Origin: Halalkalibacterium halodurans
GTDB lineage: Bacteria > Bacillota > Bacilli > Bacillales > Bacillaceae_D
Assembly: GCF_004376175.1 (NCBI RefSeq)
Contig: NZ_SNUY01000004.1
Location: forward strand, 67,141-99,140
DNA length: 32,000 nucleotides
Reading direction: 5' to 3'
The notes below the pieces were generated by a model, which had not been told where the DNA came from, did no database searches, and was given only the letters and a program-made list of their open reading frames with translations. Positions 6,515 to 14,840 of the stretch are shown in pieces; positions within the stretch are counted from its first letter, which is position 1, and every line of letters starts with the position of its first letter. The position numbers were made by a program, and so were the translations under genes.

Positions 6515-7848
6515 GTCTCAGCCCCCAACAGCTGTTTTTCGACTCGTTCAAGTGTCCTTGCTAATTTTCCTAACAATTCACATCGTTCCTCTTTCGTCAA
6601 CGTGAAAGGTGGAGCAATTAAACAACCAGCTCCTTCCCCCTTTAATCCGGCAGCTGATGGATATAGCAAAAGGCCTTGCCGTTGAGCCTCGTTTACGACA
6701 ACAGCCGCCACTTGAGCCTCTTTCGGAAAAGGTGCTTTTGTCGCTTTATTTTTCACAAACTCAAGCCCGATGAGCAGCCCCTTCCCTCTCACATCCCCTA
6801 CGATCGCCGAGGCCGCTTGAATCTCCTGAAGGTCCTCTATCAGCTTTTCACCAATTGTAGCTGCGCGTTTTACGAGATCGTGTTTTTTTACGTAGTGGAG
6901 TACGGCTAACCCAGTAGCACAGGATAAAGGATTGGCGCTAAACGTGTGACCGCTCATAATAAGGTTCGACCCTGCTTGAATTGGCTCAAGCACATGGTCG
7001 GCGACAACGGTTGCAGCGAGTGGGGCGTACCCTGCGGACAACCCTTTGCCTAAAGTGACAATGTCAGGCGTCACATCCCAATGTTCAATCGCCAGTTCCT
7101 TCCCTGTCCGTCCCATTCCCGTCATCACTTCATCGCAAATGAATAAAATGTCGTGCTGATTGAGCACTTGTTTTAGCGCTTCATAGTATCCTTTCTCCGG
7201 TACTAATGCCGTTCCCGCAGCGCCAACAATCGGTTCGGCGATAAAAGCTGCGATCCTGTGAGGTCCGATCTGCTCGATCAGGTGATCAAGCTCTTCCGCA
7301 TAGTCAACACCAGACATTTCTCTCACTTGTCTGTACGGATACGGGGGAGATAAAAATGGGGGCCGGTCTAGCATTCCTTCAAATCGTTGTCTCCGTTCAT
7401 AATGGCCTGACAATGAAAGCGCTCCTTGAGTAATTCCGTGATAGCTCATCCATCTAGAGAGAATGAACGTTTTCTCAGGATATCCGCGCTCTTGCCAATA
7501 TTGAATCGAGATTTTAATCGCTGTTTCGGTTGCTTCTGAGCCACTGTTCACAAAAAAGCTATGATTCAATTGACCTGGCAGTTGTTTCGCTAATTTCGTA
7601 GCGAGCCTCTCTGCCGGTTCATTCGTAAACTGAGAGCGATAGACGAACGACACTTTCCGAGCCTGTTCGTACATCGCCTGGACAACTTCATCCACCCCAT
7701 GGCCGATCGATGCGGTGACAGCTCCGGAGCAAGCGTCAAGATAGCGCTTTCCATCCATATCATAAAGCGCTGCTCCTTTCCCGTAGGAAGCACACGGATA
7801 GTTTCTGTCAAGCAGTGGTTTTATTAAATAGCATTCATCCTTCGCCAT
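6511..7848 (-). CDS. yodT: Class-III (omega) aminotransferase, PLP-dependent
   Basis: DEVMTGMGRTG and the PLP-lysine context VTLGKGLSAGY. ATG 7848 lies 6 nt after AAAGGGGGG. The product is 445 aa. Confidence 0.85.
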   Translation of the reverse strand: MAKDECYLIKPLLDRNYPCASYGKGAALYDMDGKRYLDACSGAVTASIGHGVDEVVQAMYEQARKVSFVYRSQFTNEPAERLATKLAKQLPGQLNHSFFVNSGSEATETAIKISIQYWQERGYPEKTFILSRWMSYHGITQGALSLSGHYERRQRFEGMLDRPPFLSPPYPYRQVREMSGVDYAEELDHLIEQIGPHRIAAFIAEPIVGAAGTALVPEKGYYEALKQVLNQHDILFICDEVMTGMGRTGKELAIEHWDVTPDIVTLGKGLSAGYAPLAATVVADHVLEPIQAGSNLIMSGHTFSANPLSCATGLAVLHYVKKHDLVKRAATIGEKLIEDLQEIQAASAIVGDVRGKGLLIGLEFVKNKATKAPFPKEAQVAAVVVNEAQRQGLLLYPSAAGLKGEGAGCLIAPPFTLTKEERCELLGKLARTLERVEKQLLGAET

Positions 7849-8023
7849 CGCGTTCCCCCCTTTCACCTATTCTCATTCTATTCGACGAAAAGAAGCGTCA
7901 TGCTAGGAAGGAGGAGGCATCGATTAAGAACGAACGCATTGACATCGCATCCACTCTTAATGGCAAAAGCAACCGTTTTCCTTCTCCTTGGTCCTTTATA
8001 AGAAATGAAGCCTTCTTAAAGCG

Positions 8024-8047
8024 CAAAAAAACCCGGCAGATGCCGAG
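8024..8047 (-). terminator. Strand-specific intrinsic terminator of the small Cys-rich gene
   Basis: On the minus strand the sequence is CTCGGC-atct-GCCGGG followed by T7. The stem includes a G-U that would be an A-C mismatch on the + strand. Confidence 0.6.
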
Positions 8048-8055
8048 TTTTTACG

Positions 8056-8199
8056 TCATTTATATGCTTTGCCTTTCGTTAAATGGCACGGGACGCCATA
8101 GCCAATCGCTCCAGGCTTTCGCATTTTTTCCATATAAGAAATTCCGATGGTACACTGCGTTCTACATCGTTCACACACATCAGATGTTACCACCTTCAT
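8056..8199 (-). CDS. Small Cys-rich protein, 47 aa (C-x2-C-x3-C ... CH)
   Basis: MKVVTSDVCERCRTQCTIGISYMEKMRKPGAIGYGVPCHLTKGKAYK. It has its own terminator. The nearest SD (GAGGAG) is 15 nt from the ATG, which is long. The 78-aa ORF-track version starts at a TTG with no SD. Confidence 0.4.
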   Translation of the reverse strand: MKVVTSDVCERCRTQCTIGISYMEKMRKPGAIGYGVPCHLTKGKAYK

Positions 8200-8333
8200 G
8201 TTATATTTCGTTTTCTCCTCTTTTGATAGCTGTACGAAGTTTCCTTTTTTGTTTGATCCTTTTTTCAAGGCTGCCCCATCCCCTCCATTCAAGATAGGAT
8301 AGTGTATGTGAATGAGGGGTGGTGGGTGAGTGT

Positions 8334-9251
8334 TTATCCTTTTTGCAGCAAGGAATCGAGCATCTCGACAAGCTGTACGATTTCCGGTTTTCCGATTTGG
8401 GCATCCGCCCCGACACGCTCCCCTTTATGATAAAGGTCTTCTGTAATAAGGGAAGAAAAGATCACGACAGGAAGGTTGGATAAAACCGAATCCGTTTTTA
8501 CACGCTTCGTTAAGTGATGTCCATCCATTTGCGGCATTTCAATATCTGAGATCAATAAATCGACGAAGTTTGTTGCTGCTTGTCCGTGTTGCTCCACTAA
8601 TGTGTGTAAAGCTTCCCATGCGCCTTTTCCATTTTCGAAGAAATGGAGATTAACATAGCCCGCTTCGTTTAAAGTATCCTTTAATAGGTTGCGCAATACA
8701 GCTGAATCTTCGGCAATGTAAATCTTTTTCTCTGAACGCTCCCGCACGCCGAGCGCGCGAACCTTTTCAATGCTAAGCCCTGCCTCTGGATTGATGTCTA
8801 CCACAATTTTTTCAAAATCTAATAAGAGCGCCATCTGACTTTCAAGCTTGACGATTCCGATTGTATGCGCGTGCCCGCTATGGAAAAGCTGGCTCGGCTT
8901 TTCAATTTGCTCCCAAGAAATTCGATGAATCCGCGATACTTCGTGGACATGAAACGCTACTTTTAACCGATTGAATTCGGCAATAATCAACTTATCTTGT
9001 TGCGGATTCGAAGATGGCGGCAAGTTCAACACTTGGGCTAAATTAATAACAGGGATGACTTCCTGTCTTAACCGAATAACACCTTCAATATGAGGATGAC
9101 TGTTTGGCGTTTCGGTCATTGGCAATGGGTTGATTATTTCCCTGACCTTTAACACATTGATGCCAAACAAACCACCTGCAATCGAAAACATAATGATTTC
9201 TAATTCATTCGTCCCACTCTCTAGTAAAATGTTAGATGTATGATCGCTCAT
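8334..9251 (-). CDS. cheV: Chemotaxis coupling protein CheV (CheW domain plus receiver domain)
   Basis: The N-terminal region is CheW-like (ELEIIMFSIAGGLFGINVLKVREII). The C-terminal receiver has LLISDIEMPQMDG. SD GGAGA lies 7 nt upstream. Confidence 0.9.
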   Translation of the reverse strand: MSDHTSNILLESGTNELEIIMFSIAGGLFGINVLKVREIINPLPMTETPNSHPHIEGVIRLRQEVIPVINLAQVLNLPPSSNPQQDKLIIAEFNRLKVAFHVHEVSRIHRISWEQIEKPSQLFHSGHAHTIGIVKLESQMALLLDFEKIVVDINPEAGLSIEKVRALGVRERSEKKIYIAEDSAVLRNLLKDTLNEAGYVNLHFFENGKGAWEALHTLVEQHGQAATNFVDLLISDIEMPQMDGHHLTKRVKTDSVLSNLPVVIFSSLITEDLYHKGERVGADAQIGKPEIVQLVEMLDSLLQKG

Positions 9252-9287
9252 GTACGATTCTCCATTCTTAAGACATTGTTACTATTA

Positions 9288-9316
9288 AGTATACTGGATA
9301 ACCACTAAATTAACAA
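9288..9316 (-). promoter_or_regulatory. Candidate sigma-A promoter of cheV
   Basis: On the minus strand, TTGTTA (9311-9316), a 17-nt spacer, then TATACT (9288-9293). It lies about 37 nt upstream of the cheV ATG. Confidence 0.4.
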
Positions 9317-9338
9317 CTATCATATCAATACTTTTATC

Positions 9339-10754
9339 CTATTTCTCTAATTTCTTTGCCTCAACTTCTTCTTCCTTAGCGAAGATCAAGGTGAACGTCG
9401 TTCCTTTTCCTTTCTCACTGTCAACGAAAATGGTTCCACCCATTTGCTCAACTAATTGCTTTGTAATTGCTAGCCCGAGTCCTGTCCCGCCATATTTCGA
9501 GTTACGGGAGCGATCCGCACGATAAAACCGATCCCAGATAAATGGTAATTTGTCACTATCGATCCCTTCTCCATTGTCCGAAACGGAAATGACGTTTTTC
9601 CTATCTTCAGCGTAAAGGGTAAGATTAATGGTTCCATTCGAAGGTGTATGACGTATGGCGTTGCTTAACAAGTTTTGCATGACTTGCTCAAGACGACCTG
9701 AATCCACAAGGGAGAACAAAGGAGAATGCTCTTTATGAATGGCCAGCGTGACGTTCTTTTTCTTTCCTTCAATGGTTGAGACCCGTACCGAGCGTTCAAC
9801 GACGGCTTCTAAGTCCGTTTTTGTTAAATGAAACGAAACGTTTCTCTCTTCCAGCTTCATTAACTCGAACAAGTCGCCGACTAACCGCTCCATCCTTATT
9901 GCTTCTTCATGAATGATCATTGCTTGATCCTTCCCATCTTCCGTTAAACCCTCTCGCTTTTTCAATAAAGCAGCGTACGCCTTAATGTACGTAAGAGGGG
10001 TTCTCAACTCATGGGAGATGTTTGAAATCAGCTCATTCCGTGATTCTGTTAGTTGTTTTAACCGACTCGCCATCTCATTAATGCTGCCCATGAGATCTCC
10101 GATTTCATCGCTACCGTGAACAGGAAGTCTTGTATCAAATGCGCCTTTTGCTATCTTTTTCGTCGCTTTCTGTACAGTTTTGATCGGCGCGGTTACCTTT
10201 CGAATAAGCCCATAAAGTAACGCCCCAGACAATAGCAAAGTCAAAGCTCCCATCATCGCTGTAAGCATGACGAGATTGGTCCGAGTGTGCTCAAACAACC
10301 CTGTATCATGGTCTAAGAACAAATAACCGGCAACGTGCCCGCCTTGATGAACAGGAACGGTAGCCCATACGTGAGGGATGTGCTCTTCCATCACATGAAC
10401 GAGCTCAAGCGTTACTTGGTCATTCACGTCATTTGATTGAATCCAATCGACATATCGCTTAATCCAACGCTGATCATGCGTATTCCCAGCCATCATCGGT
10501 TCAAACTGTTCATTTAAAATCAGGAAGACATTGTCCTCCTGACGTTGCTCCATCCAAAAGACGTGCTCCTGCGTGTCGGCAGCCCAAGATTGTTCAAGGA
10601 TCTCACGATGCGCCAGCAACCTTGATGTGATATCCTTTTCAAGCTGCTCATAGTAAAACTGTTTAGATAGTACATAAAATGACAAGCTCATGGCCGCGAT
10701 AACGACCAATAAAAATCCACCGACGACCACCGTAAATCTAGTCGCAACGTTCAT
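9339..10754 (-). CDS. Sensor histidine kinase (2 TM, HAMP, HisKA, HATPase)
   Basis: H-box SHELRTPL, DNGEGI and GGTGLGLAI. Two hydrophobic segments flank a loop of about 130 aa. The ATG overlaps the regulator stop (ATGA). Confidence 0.9.
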   Translation of the reverse strand: MNVATRFTVVVGGFLLVVIAAMSLSFYVLSKQFYYEQLEKDITSRLLAHREILEQSWAADTQEHVFWMEQRQEDNVFLILNEQFEPMMAGNTHDQRWIKRYVDWIQSNDVNDQVTLELVHVMEEHIPHVWATVPVHQGGHVAGYLFLDHDTGLFEHTRTNLVMLTAMMGALTLLLSGALLYGLIRKVTAPIKTVQKATKKIAKGAFDTRLPVHGSDEIGDLMGSINEMASRLKQLTESRNELISNISHELRTPLTYIKAYAALLKKREGLTEDGKDQAMIIHEEAIRMERLVGDLFELMKLEERNVSFHLTKTDLEAVVERSVRVSTIEGKKKNVTLAIHKEHSPLFSLVDSGRLEQVMQNLLSNAIRHTPSNGTINLTLYAEDRKNVISVSDNGEGIDSDKLPFIWDRFYRADRSRNSKYGGTGLGLAITKQLVEQMGGTIFVDSEKGKGTTFTLIFAKEEEVEAKKLEK

Positions 10755-11446
10755 TGATTTATCCCCTCATGTTCCACATACTTATAGCCAACGCCCCATA
10801 CTGTTTGGATCACGGTACTATCAGCTCCGACTTTTTCAAGCTTGTCACGGATGTTTTTAATATGGGCATCCACATTTCGATCATAGATTTCCACTTGGCG
10901 ATCCCATGCCAAATCTAGAAGTTGTTCTCTTGTATATGTTCGTCCAGGGTTACTGAGTAATCTGTGCAATACCCGGTATTCGGTCTTTGTTAAACCGAGT
11001 GACTGACCAGCAAAGGAAATGTCGTGTGCTTTTTCATTAACCTTGAGCTGTTTTTCCTCACCCTTTCTTGATGCAAGCCCACCTTTACGTCTTAACACCG
11101 ATAAGATCCGCGCGTTTAATTCATCGGGCTCGAACGGTTTGACGATATAATCGTCGGCTCCTTCATTTAGTCCACGAACGATATGCTCCGTTTCCCCTAG
11201 TGCGGTTAACATAATAATGGCAACATCCTCCTGTAAATGACGAAGCTGTGCGATGAGCGAAAAACCATCAACATCTGGAAGCATAATATCGAGCAACACA
11301 AGGTCAAATGGCTCCGCTTTCAAGCGATCCATTGCGGCTAAGCCGGATGCAGCCGTCTCTACAAGATAGCCTGCTTCTGATACGCAAACCGTAATTAACA
11401 CTTGCATCTTTTTCTCATCATCAACAACTAACACTCGCCTTTCCAT
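10751..11446 (-). CDS. OmpR/PhoB-family response regulator
   Basis: Receiver VLVVDDE...LVLLDIMLPDVDG and a winged helix ending VWGVGYKY. ATG 11446 lies 6 nt after GGGGAG. ATG 11452 abuts the SD, so it is less likely. Confidence 0.9.
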   Translation of the reverse strand: MERRVLVVDDEKKMQVLITVCVSEAGYLVETAASGLAAMDRLKAEPFDLVLLDIMLPDVDGFSLIAQLRHLQEDVAIIMLTALGETEHIVRGLNEGADDYIVKPFEPDELNARILSVLRRKGGLASRKGEEKQLKVNEKAHDISFAGQSLGLTKTEYRVLHRLLSNPGRTYTREQLLDLAWDRQVEIYDRNVDAHIKNIRDKLEKVGADSTVIQTVWGVGYKYVEHEGINQ

Positions 11447-11460
11447 GTCCATCTCCCCTT

Positions 11461-11505
11461 TAAATGAAAGAAAACATTGCTTGCCCTAGCATAAGACAAG
11501 CAATG
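11461..11505 (-). terminator. Intrinsic terminator or attenuator between the lipoprotein gene and the two-component operon
   Basis: On the minus strand, CATTGCTTG-13 nt-CAAGCAATG followed by TTTTCTTTC. The regulator SD starts directly after the T-tract. Confidence 0.6.
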
Positions 11506-11512
11506 CGTTTGA

Positions 11513-12778
11513 TCAATGGTGATGTCCTTCATCTGATTGATGGGCAGATACAATTTCTAGCCTTTCGTCAATCACACCTTGCACTTGATAGGAAACCCGG
11601 TCCACATCACCAATGATATAGCCGTGATTGTAAGGACCTTCTGTCGGATCATCTGCAAATACCGGCTTCAACTTCGCTAAATATTCGTACACTGGCTGAG
11701 TTAACTCACCCTCATCGAGCCAAATTAGCGGGCTGTGTTTTCCTAAATGAGCGAGTGGAGCAGCGGCAATAGCTAGCTCAGCATCGTTTGTCGATGAAAA
11801 AACGAGTCCATGTCCAGGAGATGTAATATCCCAGCCAAAGTCGGTCGCTTCATCCTTATATGATGAGAAAGCAATCGCTTGTTCGACAGGGGTATCCCCT
11901 TCAATCCGTTTGACTTCTCCGTATGCTTCAAGTTCTGATGCCACGTTTTCTGAAATGATCGCTTCAGGTCCAAGCAAATAAATGATCGCCTCCCCACCTC
12001 GCGCTTCGAGTGCCTCTACGGTTTCTTTCGGAATCGCACCGTCTTCAACGAATAGAAGTGACTCATTCATATGGGCAATCCAATAAGCAGCAGGAATCGT
12101 AAAGCCCTTTGCATCTTCATCCAGCGAACCGACAAGCACTGCTTGCGGTACATCGCCAATCGTTTCAATAAATGATTCTTCAATCAGCTTCCCATACTCT
12201 GGAGCTGAATCTGCCGTAATTTGGGCAATCGTATAAGCGGATAATTTGTCTAACTCAGCTTGCGGCAAATCCCCAATGACCAAAATCTCTGTGCCTTGAT
12301 CATTCCCGAGGGGATCGAGACGGGCAATCTCTTGAATCACCTCGTCCGAAATCGTCCCATCGTAATAAAGCATCGGTCCGTTATTCGGATGGTGAACGAG
12401 GGTCAACGAGGCAAGAGATGCTCGCCAATCTGTTACGGAAGCCAACATAACCGTATTCGGTTGATTTTGCTCATGTGTTGCTGGCCAGCCCATTTGTGAA
12501 AGTTGAATCGCAAACGAAATGGGATCATTTTCTGCTAGCCTTGTCGTATTTTTAGTTTGTAACGTCTGGAGATGGTTGCTCGCTTCTTCCCGTAAAGCGT
12601 GTGGCGGGGTCACCGCCTCTTCCTCCAGCATACGACGATCAACCTGCTCCTCGGTTACTTCCTCCTGTTTTTCTTCCACTACGTCATGATCCTCATGGGG
12701 AGAATCTGAACTTGGACTACAAGCAGCGATGATCGCAAGGAGTAGCATGCCCGCCACCATCGGTTTCCAACTTCTCAT
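11513..12778 (-). CDS. Lipoprotein with three tandem cell-wall-binding-repeat-2-like modules and His-rich termini
   Basis: Signal peptide with lipobox LAIIAAC. Three repeats of about 100 aa follow the pattern (V/L)L(A/S)S...D..A..A.PLA...P(I/L)L......(I/L)IG. HEDHD follows the lipobox and the protein ends in HQSDEGHHH. SD AAAGGAGG lies 7 nt upstream. Confidence 0.55.
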   Translation of the reverse strand: MRSWKPMVAGMLLLAIIAACSPSSDSPHEDHDVVEEKQEEVTEEQVDRRMLEEEAVTPPHALREEASNHLQTLQTKNTTRLAENDPISFAIQLSQMGWPATHEQNQPNTVMLASVTDWRASLASLTLVHHPNNGPMLYYDGTISDEVIQEIARLDPLGNDQGTEILVIGDLPQAELDKLSAYTIAQITADSAPEYGKLIEESFIETIGDVPQAVLVGSLDEDAKGFTIPAAYWIAHMNESLLFVEDGAIPKETVEALEARGGEAIIYLLGPEAIISENVASELEAYGEVKRIEGDTPVEQAIAFSSYKDEATDFGWDITSPGHGLVFSSTNDAELAIAAAPLAHLGKHSPLIWLDEGELTQPVYEYLAKLKPVFADDPTEGPYNHGYIIGDVDRVSYQVQGVIDERLEIVSAHQSDEGHHH

Positions 12779-12854
12779 ATGTACGCCTCCTTTCTTCTTT
12801 AAGCTAACGGAAAAATTTAAAGAAAATATGAAGAAACGTACGTACCTTAATTTT

Positions 12855-13121
12855 TTAACGATCGTACCATTCCTTTACTTTTTCAAGATCCTCGATTAAC
12901 TGCTTCAATTCCTCTTCATTAAGTTTAATTGGCATTTGATCATACAATGTAAGAATTTGTCCACCCGTCTCAAACTGATGTGCTGTTAAATAGTGGTACA
13001 AAGAAAGAAGTTGCCCTTCTTTGAGCGTTGACTCTGCTTGAAAGTGCTTAATTTTTTGTAAGGTAAATTCGTTGCGGTTTTGATCAAATTCACCGGAAAG
13101 GATATTTCCTTCAAGCTTCAT
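12855..13121 (-). CDS. Hypothetical small cytoplasmic protein (88 aa)
   Basis: Strong SD AAAGGGGTGA lies 6 nt before the ATG. I recognise no family. Confidence 0.6.
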   Translation of the reverse strand: MKLEGNILSGEFDQNRNEFTLQKIKHFQAESTLKEGQLLSLYHYLTAHQFETGGQILTLYDQMPIKLNEEELKQLIEDLEKVKEWYDR

Positions 13122-13301
13122 GTATTATCACCCCTTTATGTTCCGTCTTGCTAATAGGGTGTCAACATTTTCTTTTCTTATCATGACCAACAGGGTTATG
13201 TTTACAATTCGCTAAAATATTTCCCATTTTTCTCTGTTTTATATGCTAAATTTTAGGAGGAGAAAAGTTAAAAATTTCAGAATGATTGGAGATAACGGTT
13301 C

Positions 13302-14300
13302 ATGAAAAATCACTTGCACACGATCATGGAGGATTGGAAGCTGTCTGGAACAGCGTTAATGAAAAAAAGGGAGGATATACCGTTTATTGCTAGCCTCGGT
13401 TTTGCTAATCGGGCAGAGCGAATACCCAATGAGCACCACACGCGCTTTGGCATTGCTTCAGGCTGCAAACTCTTTACGGCAATCGCGATTTGCCAGCTCG
13501 TGGAAGCGGGTAAGCTTTCCTTTGACACACCGCTATCTGACTGGTTAGATGCTCCTTTTCCGAATGTCACAATCCACCACTTGCTCACTCATACATCTGG
13601 AGTCCCAGACTATTTTGACGAGGAAATCACAGATGACTTTGAAGATTTATGGAAAGACGTTCCGATGTATCATCTTCGCCGTTTAAAGGATTTCTTACCA
13701 TTGTTTCAGCATGCACCGATGAAATTTCCTCCCGGCCACCGGTTTCATTACAATAACGCTGGCTTTATTTTATTAGGTTTGGTTGTTGAGAGTGTTAGCG
13801 GTGTAACGTTTCAAGAATATGTGGAAGCGAATGTTTTCCAGAGGGCAGGAATGCACGAGTCTGGATATTTCGCCTTTGATACTTTGCCGGCTAAAACCGC
13901 CCTCGGTTACATTGATTTAGAAGACGGTTCTTGGAAAACGAACCTTTATTCCTTACCGGTCATTGGCGGCTCAGATGGCGGAGCGTATGTCACAGCAGAG
14001 GATATGATGAAGCTGTGGCTTGCACTCATGAGGCATGAACTATTAAACGAAACCTACACACAACAGTTGCTCACGCCCCATGTTCATTGTGAGGATGACG
14101 ACTATTACGGCTACGGTGTATGGATCAAGCAACAGGATGGAGCAATCAGCAAATATCATGTTATGGGCTATGACCCTGGTGTTTGTTTTCACTCAGCCTT
14201 CTATCCAACCTCAAACGGAATTGTCGTCGTCTGCGCAAACCAATCGTCTGGAGCCTACGATGTGATGGCAGCGATTGAAGCCCTATTTTCAGAAGCATAA
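13302..14300 (+). CDS. Serine hydrolase of the beta-lactamase / PBP4*-like (class C fold) family
   Basis: S-x-x-K motif ASGCK, Y-x-N motif YNNAG, and LLTHTSG. SD GGAGA lies 9 nt upstream. Confidence 0.8.
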   Translation: MKNHLHTIMEDWKLSGTALMKKREDIPFIASLGFANRAERIPNEHHTRFGIASGCKLFTAIAICQLVEAGKLSFDTPLSDWLDAPFPNVTIHHLLTHTSGVPDYFDEEITDDFEDLWKDVPMYHLRRLKDFLPLFQHAPMKFPPGHRFHYNNAGFILLGLVVESVSGVTFQEYVEANVFQRAGMHESGYFAFDTLPAKTALGYIDLEDGSWKTNLYSLPVIGGSDGGAYVTAEDMMKLWLALMRHELLNETYTQQLLTPHVHCEDDDYYGYGVWIKQQDGAISKYHVMGYDPGVCFHSAFYPTSNGIVVVCANQSSGAYDVMAAIEALFSEA

Positions 14301-14343
14301 AACTAGTTCACCGTAACGGTGTTTGGTTCTGAACAGCTCTCAT

Positions 14344-14667
14344 TTAGGAAAAGGTAGTTGAGGCGAGTTCACTTTCAGAATAATAGCGAATAGGCATCCC
14401 TTTAGAGGTAGCGAACTCAATCTCTTTTCTCGTACTGCGACCAATATAACCGTCCACATCAAGGACGAAAATTTCGTCTGACATCTCTATTTTTCGCCTG
14501 TGAATGTTTTCAAACATCTGTACTTGTTCTTCCGTAATCTCAATCCCTTCACTTTGCTCAAAAAAACCGACGCTTAACACAACATGTCCTTTTAGCGTCA
14601 AATAAGCACTGGCTTGTTCAAACTGTCTCTTGAACTTCGTAGAACCACATAATGTTATCACCTTCAT
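14344..14667 (-). CDS. Small nucleoside 2-deoxyribosyltransferase-like (DUF4406/Nuc_deoxyri_tr2-like) protein, 107 aa
   Basis: MKVITLCGSTKF...IFVLDVDGYIGRSTRKEIEFA matches my recollection of the minimal Rossmann-like NDT-like family. No search was run. Confidence 0.45.
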   Translation of the reverse strand: MKVITLCGSTKFKRQFEQASAYLTLKGHVVLSVGFFEQSEGIEITEEQVQMFENIHRRKIEMSDEIFVLDVDGYIGRSTRKEIEFATSKGMPIRYYSESELASTTFS

Positions 14668-14760
14668 CGTACCATTCCTTTCTTCCGTTTATGTCCCTAT
14701 TGTACAACAGAGAAGAGGAATTTGTTTTTTGTTTATTGAAAAGAAGAAGAGACATCAACA

Positions 14761-14804
14761 CAAAAATCGGGTGAACCGTAGCTCAAACGGTTCACCCGAT
14801 TTTA
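14761..14804. terminator. Strong intrinsic terminator downstream of the acidic lipoprotein gene
   Basis: 13-bp perfect stem TCGGGTGAACCGT / ACGGTTCACCCGA with a 7-nt loop. An A5 run lies upstream and a T4 run downstream. On the minus strand it gives stem plus TTTTT, 37 nt after the stop at 14841. Confidence 0.85.
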
Positions 14805-14840
14805 TGGCTCCAAGGTGCTTTTGAAGCAAGCCCCTGAGTT

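Noticed and set aside
7815-8297. 160-aa + strand ORF spanning the yodT-cheV intergenic region
   Set aside because: It has no SD and the sequence is low-complexity and Ser/Pro/Phe-rich. It runs through a minus-strand terminator and the minus-strand Cys-rich gene, so it is most likely a chance open frame in AT-rich spacer.
13254-13305. Strong AGGAGGAG and a 7-codon uORF (MIGDNGS) overlapping the serine hydrolase start codon
   Set aside because: The SD is about 20 nt from the uORF ATG and no canonical start lies at a productive distance. The hydrolase has its own GGAGA. This is probably coincidental.
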